NCBI GenBank assembly: GCA_964370895.1 | Contig: CAYJLR010000001.1 | Location: forward strand, 1-63,962 | DNA: 63,962 nucleotides | Origin: an uncultured Akkermansia sp. | GTDB taxonomy: Bacteria > Verrucomicrobiota > Verrucomicrobiia > Verrucomicrobiales > Akkermansiaceae | Direction: 5' to 3' | Part shown: piece by piece, positions 40,733-48,554 of the stretch | How positions within the stretch are numbered: position 1 is the stretch's first letter | Layout of the letters: each line of letters starts with the position of its first letter | Notes under the pieces: generated by a model | What the model saw: the letters and a program-made list of their open reading frames with translations, nothing else | Databases searched by the model: none | What the model was told of the DNA's origin: nothing | Made by a program: the position numbers and the translations under genes

Positions 40733-41674
40733 TTAATCGTGACGTGTCATTTCGACGAACACATCTTCGAGTGTAGGAATATGACGATACATCTGGCGAA
40801 GAGAATAGCCGTACGAGTTGATGATATTAGCAGCGACTTCACGCGTATCAGTCTTGGGTTCAGCGCGGAGAGTGAGCGAATGCCAGCCATCTGCTGTGGA
40901 TTCATTGTGAATAACTTTCTTAATCGCTTCGAATTGAGAAAGTTCTGCCATTACAACATCGAGTTCACCTTTAAACTCTAAGCTCACGCGTCCTGCTGTG
41001 CGCAGTCCTTGGGTCAGATTTTGAGGAGTATCACAGGCTTTTATAAGACCCTGATCAATAATCACTACCTTATTAGCGATCATTTCGACTTCGCTGAGAA
41101 TATGTGTCGATAGAATAACGGTGTGATCGACAGCAAGATGCTTAATCAGCTCGCGGATTTGGCGTATCTGATTGGGGTCAAGACCATTTGTAGGCTCATC
41201 AAGAATGAGGAGCTCAGGGCTGCCTAAGAGAGCATCAGCTAGACCCACTCGCTGGCGATAGCCTTTTGACAGGGTATTAATCATCTTAGATTTCTTCACT
41301 TCCAAGCCACAATGCTCGATTGCTTCGCCGATCTGCTGGCGCACGGAAGATCCGCGTATACCCTTAAGACGTGCTCTATAATCTAGATACTCATAGACGC
41401 GCATGTCATCGTATAAAGGCACATTCTCTGGCATATATCCGATGTGACGACGTACTTCTAGAGACTGGTCTATGATATCGAATCCTGCTATGCTAGCTGT
41501 TCCTGCTGTAGGCGGTAAGAAGCCCGTAAGCATTTTCATTGTTGTCGTTTTACCCGCACCATTGGGACCGAGAAAGCCCACAATTTCTCCTTTCTCGATT
41601 TCGAAAGTTGCGTCTTTAACAGCCTCTAGGCGGCCAAAAACCTTGTACAGATGTTCCGCTTTAACCATGCTCAT
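40733..41674 (-). CDS. ABC transporter ATP-binding protein (GldA-like)
   Basis: GPNGAGKTT, LSKGYRQRVGLA, LILDEPT. Confidence 0.93.
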   Translation of the reverse strand: MSMVKAEHLYKVFGRLEAVKDATFEIEKGEIVGFLGPNGAGKTTTMKMLTGFLPPTAGTASIAGFDIIDQSLEVRRHIGYMPENVPLYDDMRVYEYLDYRARLKGIRGSSVRQQIGEAIEHCGLEVKKSKMINTLSKGYRQRVGLADALLGSPELLILDEPTNGLDPNQIRQIRELIKHLAVDHTVILSTHILSEVEMIANKVVIIDQGLIKACDTPQNLTQGLRTAGRVSLEFKGELDVVMAELSQFEAIKKVIHNESTADGWHSLTLRAEPKTDTREVAANIINSYGYSLRQMYRHIPTLEDVFVEMTRHD

Positions 41675-41785
41675 AAGTCATGAGATTCTATCACATTCGC
41701 GCGTCACTACAAGCATAAAGATTATACAAAACACAAAATTTGGCATTACGACGATTATGTGAAGTTGTAAATGATATTTTCAATC

Positions 41786-41814
41786 TTGACCAAGCATATG
41801 AAATAAGGTAGCAT
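41786..41814 (+). promoter_or_regulatory. sigma70-type promoter, probably leaderless
   Basis: TTGACC-17-TAGCAT, 7 nt before ATG 41822. Confidence 0.7.
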
Positions 41815-41821
41815 ATTCTAT

Positions 41822-42238
41822 ATGGTTAAATGCACGATAGATTATCAAGGAGAACTACGCAATAAACTCACTCATGTCAATTCTGGTATCAGCACGATTT
41901 CTGATGCACCATGCGATAATCATGGTAAGGGAGAATCTTTCTCCCCCACAGATCTGATGTGCACAGCTGTAGGCGCTTGTATGTCGACTATTATGGGAAT
42001 TTACGCTCAGCAAAATGACGTTGACCTCACAGGTATGCATATTGAAGTCATCAAGACGATGGCTGCAGAACCACGTCGTATCGCTAAGATAGAAACGACC
42101 ATCTCCGTCCCTCTTCCTTCAGACACCCCTCACCGCGATGCTCTGATTAACTGTGCGCTCACTAGCCCAGCCATGCAGAGTCTCCATCCTGATATCGAAG
42201 TGCCTATCACTTGGATCTGGTCTGACTCAGCTTGCTAA
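41822..42238 (+). CDS. OsmC/Ohr-family protein
   Basis: DAPCDNHGKGESFSPTDL...GAC motif. Confidence 0.88.
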   Translation: MVKCTIDYQGELRNKLTHVNSGISTISDAPCDNHGKGESFSPTDLMCTAVGACMSTIMGIYAQQNDVDLTGMHIEVIKTMAAEPRRIAKIETTISVPLPSDTPHRDALINCALTSPAMQSLHPDIEVPITWIWSDSAC

Positions 42239-42255
42239 ATATAAATAGCTTAGAT

Positions 42256-42708
42256 ATGAATCGCAAGGTTTACATGTATTGGGTAGTCCCTCTGTTCACA
42301 CTGCTGAGCAGCATTCCTATCTTTTTTAATTTATTAGGCACTGTAGCTGCGCTGATTATAGCGCTCTTACTCCTCGTTACTACTTGGGGTGTAGTATGGA
42401 TGCGTCTGTATATGACACAGCTCGCTCGCGCGGAGTTCTCTATTCTCGCTATCCTTCCCATGGCCTTCTATACTTATCTGCGCGCAGTGCCTAACGCCCT
42501 AGATACGATGGGCGGCCCTATATGGTCAAACTTCTATTTCTTCTTCTGGGTAGCAGCGGCTATAATCGGAGTCATCAGTTTCAAACCTGCTGTCAATGAA
42601 CGCCCTAAAAATGGCGAACGTGACGTGACACGCATTATTCTTAGCTCCATATGCGTCATTTTCTGTCTGGCTACATGGGCTCAGACAAGTAACATCTTCC
42701 TTCCTTAA
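42256..42708 (+). CDS. Hypothetical membrane protein
   Basis: About 5 hydrophobic helices; lies in an operon-like run. Confidence 0.7.
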   Translation: MNRKVYMYWVVPLFTLLSSIPIFFNLLGTVAALIIALLLLVTTWGVVWMRLYMTQLARAEFSILAILPMAFYTYLRAVPNALDTMGGPIWSNFYFFFWVAAAIIGVISFKPAVNERPKNGERDVTRIILSSICVIFCLATWAQTSNIFLP

Positions 42709-42729
42709 TATTCCAATTAAACATTACAT

Positions 42730-43071
42730 ATGAATAAAAACATATTAACAACCAGCATCGTAGCACTCACAGCACTGAGCGCTCTCTCTTCCTGCAGCTC
42801 TAACGCAACTGATCCTTACACGACACGTGAGCTCGCTTGGAACTCATTCAGTCTCGTTAGCGTACCAGCTCAGCAGACAGAGCCAACTTACATCAAGGCT
42901 CAGAAGATGACTCCAGCACTTGCTCAGACGACAACGACGACTGTCAGCAAGCCTGAAGTTATCGTTATCAAGAAGAGTGCACAGCCTGCACCAGTCATGA
43001 TTGCACCAGCAGTTGAGAAGGAAGTCATCCCCATGATGCCTGGTCGCGGTCGCTCACTGCGTTCTTACTAA
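42730..43071 (+). CDS. Hypothetical lipoprotein
   Basis: Lipobox LSSC followed by a Thr/Pro-rich region. Confidence 0.7.
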   Translation: MNKNILTTSIVALTALSALSSCSSNATDPYTTRELAWNSFSLVSVPAQQTEPTYIKAQKMTPALAQTTTTTVSKPEVIVIKKSAQPAPVMIAPAVEKEVIPMMPGRGRSLRSY

Positions 43072-43087
43072 TAACGTTTTTTCTTCC

Positions 43088-43822
43088 ATGGCGAAGCAAA
43101 GACTCGATGTACTCGTCACCCAGCTTGGTCTCAGCGATTCACGCGAGCAGGCTCAGCGACTCATACTCGCTGGTGAGGTATCTGTGAAAGATCAGGTCGT
43201 CACCAAACCTGGTACCAAGGTGGATGACAGTCTCCCCATTACCGTCAAGAACAAGCCCCGCTACGTCAGTCGCGGTGGTTTGAAGATGGAGGGAGCGCTG
43301 AAGGCTTTTCCCGTTGATGCAACGGGAAAGACCTGTCTAGACATCGGGTCTTCTACAGGCGGCTTCACAGACTGCCTTCTCCAGCACGGAGCTACACGCG
43401 TGCATGCCATTGATGTCGGCACAAATCAACTCGTCTGGAAACTCAGAAATGATCCTCGCGTGGTGGTAAAAGAGCAGTTTAATGCTCGTTACCTCACGCC
43501 TGAGGATCTAGGAGAGCTCGTCGATCTTATCGTCAGCGATGTCTCCTTTATATCTCTCACGAAGATACTCCCTGCAGCGAAGAACTGCCTGAAGGATGAG
43601 GGTGATTTCCTCCTCCTCATCAAGCCCCAGTTCGAACTCCAGCCCGAGGACATAGGTCCTGGTGGTATTGTCAGAGATCCCCTACTCCATCAGCGAGCCA
43701 TAGATAAGATCAAGGACTTCGCTTGCAATGAGCTAGGCCTCGTCTGGATGGGCGTAGATGACTCCCCCATCACTGGCATGGAGGGGAATAAGGAATTCCT
43801 TGCGTGGATTCGCAAGTCCTAA
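43088..43822 (+). CDS. tlyA: TlyA-family rRNA (cytidine-2'-O)-methyltransferase
   Basis: S4 domain RLD, YVSRGGLK, DIGSSTGGFT, DVSFISL, KPQFE, GNKEFL. Confidence 0.94.
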   Translation: MAKQRLDVLVTQLGLSDSREQAQRLILAGEVSVKDQVVTKPGTKVDDSLPITVKNKPRYVSRGGLKMEGALKAFPVDATGKTCLDIGSSTGGFTDCLLQHGATRVHAIDVGTNQLVWKLRNDPRVVVKEQFNARYLTPEDLGELVDLIVSDVSFISLTKILPAAKNCLKDEGDFLLLIKPQFELQPEDIGPGGIVRDPLLHQRAIDKIKDFACNELGLVWMGVDDSPITGMEGNKEFLAWIRKS

Positions 43823-43828
43823 TGGCAG

Positions 43829-43918
43829 GTTCTCGTAATTCGCCGAAAAAGACCGAGTGAGGCGCGCTGTTTACTTCATTTTCTACTTCCACCTTTGTGG
43901 AAAACGAATTGCGAGAAC
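43829..43918. repeat. 90-bp element bounded by 14-bp inverted repeats (MITE-like or long hairpin)
   Basis: GTTCTCGTAATTCG at 43829 and CGAATTGCGAGAAC at 43905 (13/14 match), between convergent tlyA and bioD. Confidence 0.55.
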
Positions 43919-43936
43919 TCCCCTAATGATGGCTCA

Positions 43937-44566
43937 TTAATCTAGGAAGATTGTATCTATATCTTCCTGCCCTGAGATGAGCTCAGCTAGCACAGGGGTG
44001 TCACAGAACTCTTCTATCTGACGTCTATTCGTCAGGCTGGCCAGATCCCACTCCTCCTCTTTATGATTAAGGATAATACCATGGCAGTGCAAGCCTTGAT
44101 TTTTAATCGCCTGAAGTGTCAGTAATGTGTGATTGATAGCGCCGAGCTTATTCTCTACCACGAGGATAATAGGCAGACCTAGCTCCTGTGCCAGATCAGC
44201 CATCGTACGCCCAGAGCACAGTGGTACATACCAGCCCCCTGCCCCTTCAACGAGCACGCAATCGTGGCTTGAGGCTAATTCTTCGTAGCCTGCTATGATT
44301 TTCTCTTCATCTATCTCGATCTGCTCTAGCTCACTTGCTATAGCAGGTGCTGTAGCGGAGCGTAGGTAGATAGGATTTATCTGCTCGAGGCTTAGTTTAC
44401 TCGCTGTAGCATCACGTATAGCGCGTGCGTCAGATCGATCTCCACATGCGAGTGGTTTATAGCCAATGGCGTTCACCCCTCTCGCGACGAGATCGCGCAG
44501 CATGGCGCAAGTGACGTAGGTCTTACCCACATCTGTATCAGTACCAGCGATGAAATAATGTGGCAT
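43937..44566 (-). CDS. bioD: Dethiobiotin synthase
   Basis: GTDTDVGKT, YKP, VEGAGG, LGAINHTLLT. Confidence 0.95.
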   Translation of the reverse strand: MPHYFIAGTDTDVGKTYVTCAMLRDLVARGVNAIGYKPLACGDRSDARAIRDATASKLSLEQINPIYLRSATAPAIASELEQIEIDEEKIIAGYEELASSHDCVLVEGAGGWYVPLCSGRTMADLAQELGLPIILVVENKLGAINHTLLTLQAIKNQGLHCHGIILNHKEEEWDLASLTNRRQIEEFCDTPVLAELISGQEDIDTIFLD

Positions 44567-44569
44567 ATA

Positions 44570-44731
44570 TTATGGTGTAGAGAGGATGATGTCACCATCC
44601 TCGAGTTTCTGCTGATTCTCACTATCAATTCCACCCTCTTTCACCCCTATCCATATGATGATAGCGAGAAGAAGTGCTATTGCCTTAGCTTTTCTGTTTG
44701 TGCTGAAAAAGCGTTTAACTTTGCTCCACAT
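44570..44731 (-). CDS. 53-aa single-TM peptide resembling the CdaR/YbbR N-terminal anchor (not in ORF track)
   Basis: MWSKVKRFFSTNRKAKAIALLLAIIIWIGVKEGGIDSENQQKLEDGDIILSTP. Overlaps the dacA stop by 17 nt and ends 3 nt before bioD. Confidence 0.75.
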   Translation of the reverse strand: MWSKVKRFFSTNRKAKAIALLLAIIIWIGVKEGGIDSENQQKLEDGDIILSTP

Positions 44732-45482
44732 GATTCACTTGATTAAAGAGTTCCTTAAGTCTGGTAGCGAGGAAGGTCATATCGACGTTTCGTTCTACAC
44801 TACTACCTACTGCTATAGATACAGCTCCTGTCTCTTCTGAGACGATGATAATGACAGCGTCTGTTTCTTCGGCTAGACCGATGCCTGCACGGTGGCGTAG
44901 CCCCATAGAGGTATCACGTAGTTCGCGGTTTGAAACAGGGAGAATAGCTGCCGCTGCAAAAATCCTATCACCTTGCAGCAGGACAGCTCCATCATGCAAG
45001 GGTGACTTGGGCATGAAGATCGTGGTGACTAGCTCACGAGAAAAGATCGCATCTATCTTGACTGCGGTATTGGCTGAGCTTTCGAGGCTGATTTTTCGCT
45101 CTAGAGCGATTAATGCCCCATAGCGACGGCTGGCAAGCCAGCTGACGGACTCGACTATCTCTTCGATGAGGTCTTTACGGTCATCTGTATGCCCGAAGAA
45201 ATGAAGAAAGTGCTTCGTACCTATCTTCGCTAGACCTGTGCGGATTTCCTGCTGGAAAAGTACCACGAGAATCGTACCGATACCGATCAGAGAGCTCACG
45301 AGGTACTTGAGTACTTCTGCTTGGAAGATTTGTAGGAGTATGCCACCGACAAGCACGAGGGCAATCAGGCCAATCAAAATGGCTGCGCCACGTGAGTTTT
45401 TGAACACACGGTAGGTCTGGTAAATGAGAAACCACAGAACTCCAATCTCAAAGATGGCTGTAAGCAGCGAATAGCTGGGCAT
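44715..45482 (-). CDS. dacA: Diadenylate cyclase CdaA/DacA
   Basis: Three N-terminal TM helices, FQQEIR, SPLHDGA, GLRHRAGIG, VSEETG. Confidence 0.93.
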   Translation of the reverse strand: MPSYSLLTAIFEIGVLWFLIYQTYRVFKNSRGAAILIGLIALVLVGGILLQIFQAEVLKYLVSSLIGIGTILVVLFQQEIRTGLAKIGTKHFLHFFGHTDDRKDLIEEIVESVSWLASRRYGALIALERKISLESSANTAVKIDAIFSRELVTTIFMPKSPLHDGAVLLQGDRIFAAAAILPVSNRELRDTSMGLRHRAGIGLAEETDAVIIIVSEETGAVSIAVGSSVERNVDMTFLATRLKELFNQVNHVEQS

Positions 45483-45488
45483 GCTTCT

Positions 45489-45517
45489 ATGCTAGCTCAG
45501 CCTTGTCTGAAATGCAA
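45489..45517 (-). promoter_or_regulatory. sigma70-type promoter, probably leaderless
   Basis: TTGCAT-17-TAGCAT, 6 nt before ATG 45482. Confidence 0.65.
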
Positions 45518-45598
45518 GCGAGAAATATCTATTATGCAAGTTATTGAACAATTAGATCTAACCGATTGTCTCTTACTGTGAAACAATTACAAATAAGC

Positions 45599-45859
45599 AT
45601 GAAATTAAAAAACATCACACGTTACACATACGAAAGCACTGATTTTTTAGGCTGGCGCGTTAGCATTCAGCGACGTGGTCGCATCATCACACGCTACTTT
45701 TCAGACTTGAAGTATGGCTCAGAAGAGCTTTCCCTTGCAGCAGCCGTGGGCTACCGAGATAAGGTTGTCTTTCAGATGAAGCTGCACCGAGACGATCTCA
45801 GTGACTATATGGACGAGGAGCTCACTCGTCTACACGAACTCCTGCACGAACGCGCCTAA
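45599..45859 (+). CDS. Small stand-alone AP2-like DNA-binding domain protein
   Basis: GWRVSIQRRG...RYFSDLKYG...SLAAAVGYRD matches the AP2 three-strand plus helix pattern. Confidence 0.65.
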   Translation: MKLKNITRYTYESTDFLGWRVSIQRRGRIITRYFSDLKYGSEELSLAAAVGYRDKVVFQMKLHRDDLSDYMDEELTRLHELLHERA

Positions 45860-45870
45860 CTACTCCCCTT

Positions 45871-46293
45871 TCATCGAGCTGCTTCCACTCGTGGGAGGAC
45901 AAGACTGCGCAGAGCTTTATTCTTATAGAAGTCCGCCTTGTGTAATCTCGTGATCTCCTTTGCTAGCTGCTGTATAATGACGATGACTTCTTGCTCTTCT
46001 TCACGGAACTGAGCGAAGTGTAGGATGAGTCTCTCTTCACCGATGAGATCATGGATCTTCATGAGCTCTCCTGAGATTCTTGTGTATTCTTTTCTCGCAT
46101 CCTCTGTTCCTTCAGGGGATGTGAGTTTTTGTAAACACTGGACTTGCTCGCTGAGCAGTCCTTTAATCTGGGTGAGTACCGTGCGCACCTCTTCTTCCGA
46201 CATAGATGAAGACCCTGTCGCGGCAAGGCATGGCGCGGCTATAAGTGAACTCAGCGCTAAACAAGCCAGACTAGATGCACCTGTACATATCAT
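45871..46293 (-). CDS. Hypothetical exported helical protein
   Basis: Signal peptide, helical composition, C-terminal RLHKADFYKNKALR. Confidence 0.7.
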   Translation of the reverse strand: MICTGASSLACLALSSLIAAPCLAATGSSSMSEEEVRTVLTQIKGLLSEQVQCLQKLTSPEGTEDARKEYTRISGELMKIHDLIGEERLILHFAQFREEEQEVIVIIQQLAKEITRLHKADFYKNKALRSLVLPRVEAAR

Positions 46294-46506
46294 GATGTAG
46301 CGATAATAGAAGGGAAAACGCCTGTCGTCAAGTATAGAATGTTTAGTGAGTCTGGCAAAATATGAATATCTCTAATAAATAGAGTTTTATGATTGACATT
46401 TACTTTAAATTGTATTACTTGTTATATTTAATCTAACATAGCTTAATGCTGATGGCTAGCATTTTGGATGTCAGGTATTTATTAAAACATCAAGAAAAGA
46501 CGAATT

Positions 46507-47790
46507 ATGAGCGAAAATTCATACACAGAAGTCACTACTGAAGGATACGGAAGCCGCATTACAAACTCTCTTAAAGGCATTATTGTAGGTGCTCTTTTTG
46601 TGTTGCTTGGCATAGCACTTCTTTTCTGGAACGAAGGTAACTACGTTAAGACCAAGCAGGCTCTAGAAGAGGCTGAAGGTAAGACCGTCGAAGTGACAAA
46701 TATCAACGAAGTAAACACCGCAAATCAAGGAAAACTCGTTCATATGAGTGGACTAGCGAAGACAAATGAGACCCTTAAAGATCCCGTGTTCGGGATATCT
46801 CACAAGGGCATCATGCTGAAAAGAAATACTGAGTACTACCAATGGGTAGAAGAATCGCGTACCGAAACTGAGAAAAATCTCGGTGGTAGTGAAACGAAAA
46901 CAACCGTTTATACCTACAAGAAGGAGTGGGTAGGATCACCGGTTAATTCTAGCGAGTTCAAGAAGCCCGGCTATACGAATACCATAGCTCTCAAAAATGC
47001 CAGCAATGCAGAAATGCGCGCTAGTAATGTGACCTTCGGGGCATTCACCTTAAGCCCTCAACAGGTCAATCTCATTGGTAATGAGAAGCCATATGTAATC
47101 CCAGTTGGAACGAAGCTTCCTGAGCCTCTTGCCAAACAAGCAAGGATCAATTCCAATACTGTGTACGTGCACACGCCTATACCTGTGGTCAATACGCCCA
47201 TGACTGTTACCCTCAGTTCAGGGGGAATACAGGACAGTATACCTACTATGGAAACGCCATCTAATGGAGTTTCTACCACGGTGCAACAGGTCAGCACCAG
47301 TGCAGAGCCTCAAATAGGTGATATGAAGATCACGTGGTCCATGATCGCTCCCGAGGAGACTATCAGCTTCGTCGCACAGCAGAATGGTCAGACCTTCTCC
47401 CCATACGTTGCAGAAAATAAGAGAGAAGTCCTCCTGCTCGCTATGGGCGACCAGACATCAGCACAGCTCTTTGCGACTGGACACAGTAGCAATTCTATGC
47501 TCACCTGGATCCTGCGCGTTGTAGGTTTCATCATGATAGGTATAGGTCTCAGCGCTATGATGTCTATCCTCTCTGTGCTTGCAGATGTCGTTCCATTTAT
47601 TGGGAACCTTGTGGGCGCGGCTACGACATTCGCAGCCTTTGTACTCTCCTTTGTCATCAGCATCAGCGTCATCGCTATCGCATGGCTCTTCTACAGACCT
47701 CTTATAGGTGGTAGCCTCCTCATCCTCGTGGTATTAGGGATTTACTACCTGCGTAAGATGCGCAAGGCTGCGCAGGCGAAAACAGCATAA
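46507..47790 (+). CDS. TMEM43/DUF1625-family membrane protein
   Basis: LLFWNEG, NQGKLVHMSG, DPVFG, EYYQWVE, PQIGD; one N-terminal and three C-terminal TM helices. Confidence 0.88.
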   Translation: MSENSYTEVTTEGYGSRITNSLKGIIVGALFVLLGIALLFWNEGNYVKTKQALEEAEGKTVEVTNINEVNTANQGKLVHMSGLAKTNETLKDPVFGISHKGIMLKRNTEYYQWVEESRTETEKNLGGSETKTTVYTYKKEWVGSPVNSSEFKKPGYTNTIALKNASNAEMRASNVTFGAFTLSPQQVNLIGNEKPYVIPVGTKLPEPLAKQARINSNTVYVHTPIPVVNTPMTVTLSSGGIQDSIPTMETPSNGVSTTVQQVSTSAEPQIGDMKITWSMIAPEETISFVAQQNGQTFSPYVAENKREVLLLAMGDQTSAQLFATGHSSNSMLTWILRVVGFIMIGIGLSAMMSILSVLADVVPFIGNLVGAATTFAAFVLSFVISISVIAIAWLFYRPLIGGSLLILVVLGIYYLRKMRKAAQAKTA

Positions 47791-47820
47791 CTAAGCTAAT
47801 AATAAAGCTTTTTTCTATCG

Positions 47821-47855
47821 ACCCGTTGGTAATTCGGTTTACCAGCGGGTTCTTT
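47821..47855 (+). terminator. Intrinsic terminator
   Basis: ACCCGTTGGTAA/TTACCAGCGGGT stem followed by TCTTT. Confidence 0.8.
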
Positions 47856-47926
47856 GTTCTCCGAGGCTTGGAATTTATTCTTGCGTGCAGAAAGTCTTTC
47901 GCATATAATAACCTGCATAAATTGTC

Positions 47927-48526
47927 ATGCTTAATCTACCGAACAGTATCACCGTAGCGCGTCTCTTTCTTGTCGTTCTCTTCACTGCAGTTTTGGCATT
48001 TGACACACAGGGCGAATCTAGTGCATTATTAAAAGTGATCGCCTTATGGGCATTCGTCGTGGGTTCTATTTCTGATTATCTCGATGGTTACCTCGCACGT
48101 AAGCTCAATCAAGTGACGAATGTGGGGAAGCTTCTGGATCCGCTCGCGGATAAGATCCTCGTCTGCGCAGCTTTCATTTACCTCAGTGCCATCGGGGTAT
48201 GCCCTTTCTGGGTTACGATCATTATCATGTTCCGAGAGTTCCTCGTCACTGGGCTTCGCCAGCTAGCAGTGGATAATAATATCGTCATCGCTGCCGATAA
48301 CTTCGGGAAGTGGAAGACAGTATTGCAGATCTTTTACTGTGCGCTTGCCCTCTTCCAGCTGGCCTATGCTTCGACTGATATCACCCTATTCTCTATCATC
48401 GCGACGAACGAATGGAGCTTCTGGCTTAGCTCTATTTTACTCTGGGCATCCGTCGCATTAACGCTTATCAGTGGGATAAACTATTGCTATCAGGCACGTC
48501 ACCTCGTGCATGAAAAAGTAAACTAG
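47927..48526 (+). CDS. pgsA: CDP-diacylglycerol--glycerol-3-phosphate 3-phosphatidyltransferase
   Basis: NLPNSITVAR, DYLDGYLAR...GKLLDPLADK, REFLVTGLR, GKWKT. Confidence 0.93.
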   Translation: MLNLPNSITVARLFLVVLFTAVLAFDTQGESSALLKVIALWAFVVGSISDYLDGYLARKLNQVTNVGKLLDPLADKILVCAAFIYLSAIGVCPFWVTIIIMFREFLVTGLRQLAVDNNIVIAADNFGKWKTVLQIFYCALALFQLAYASTDITLFSIIATNEWSFWLSSILLWASVALTLISGINYCYQARHLVHEKVN

Positions 48527-48554
48527 CCTGAATAGGTCTGCTTTCACCTCTTAC

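Noticed and set aside
46433..46475. TAATGCTGATGGCT hairpin as a fluoride riboswitch
   Set aside because: The 5' GGCGATGG..TTCGCC element is absent and the downstream gene is unrelated to fluoride resistance.
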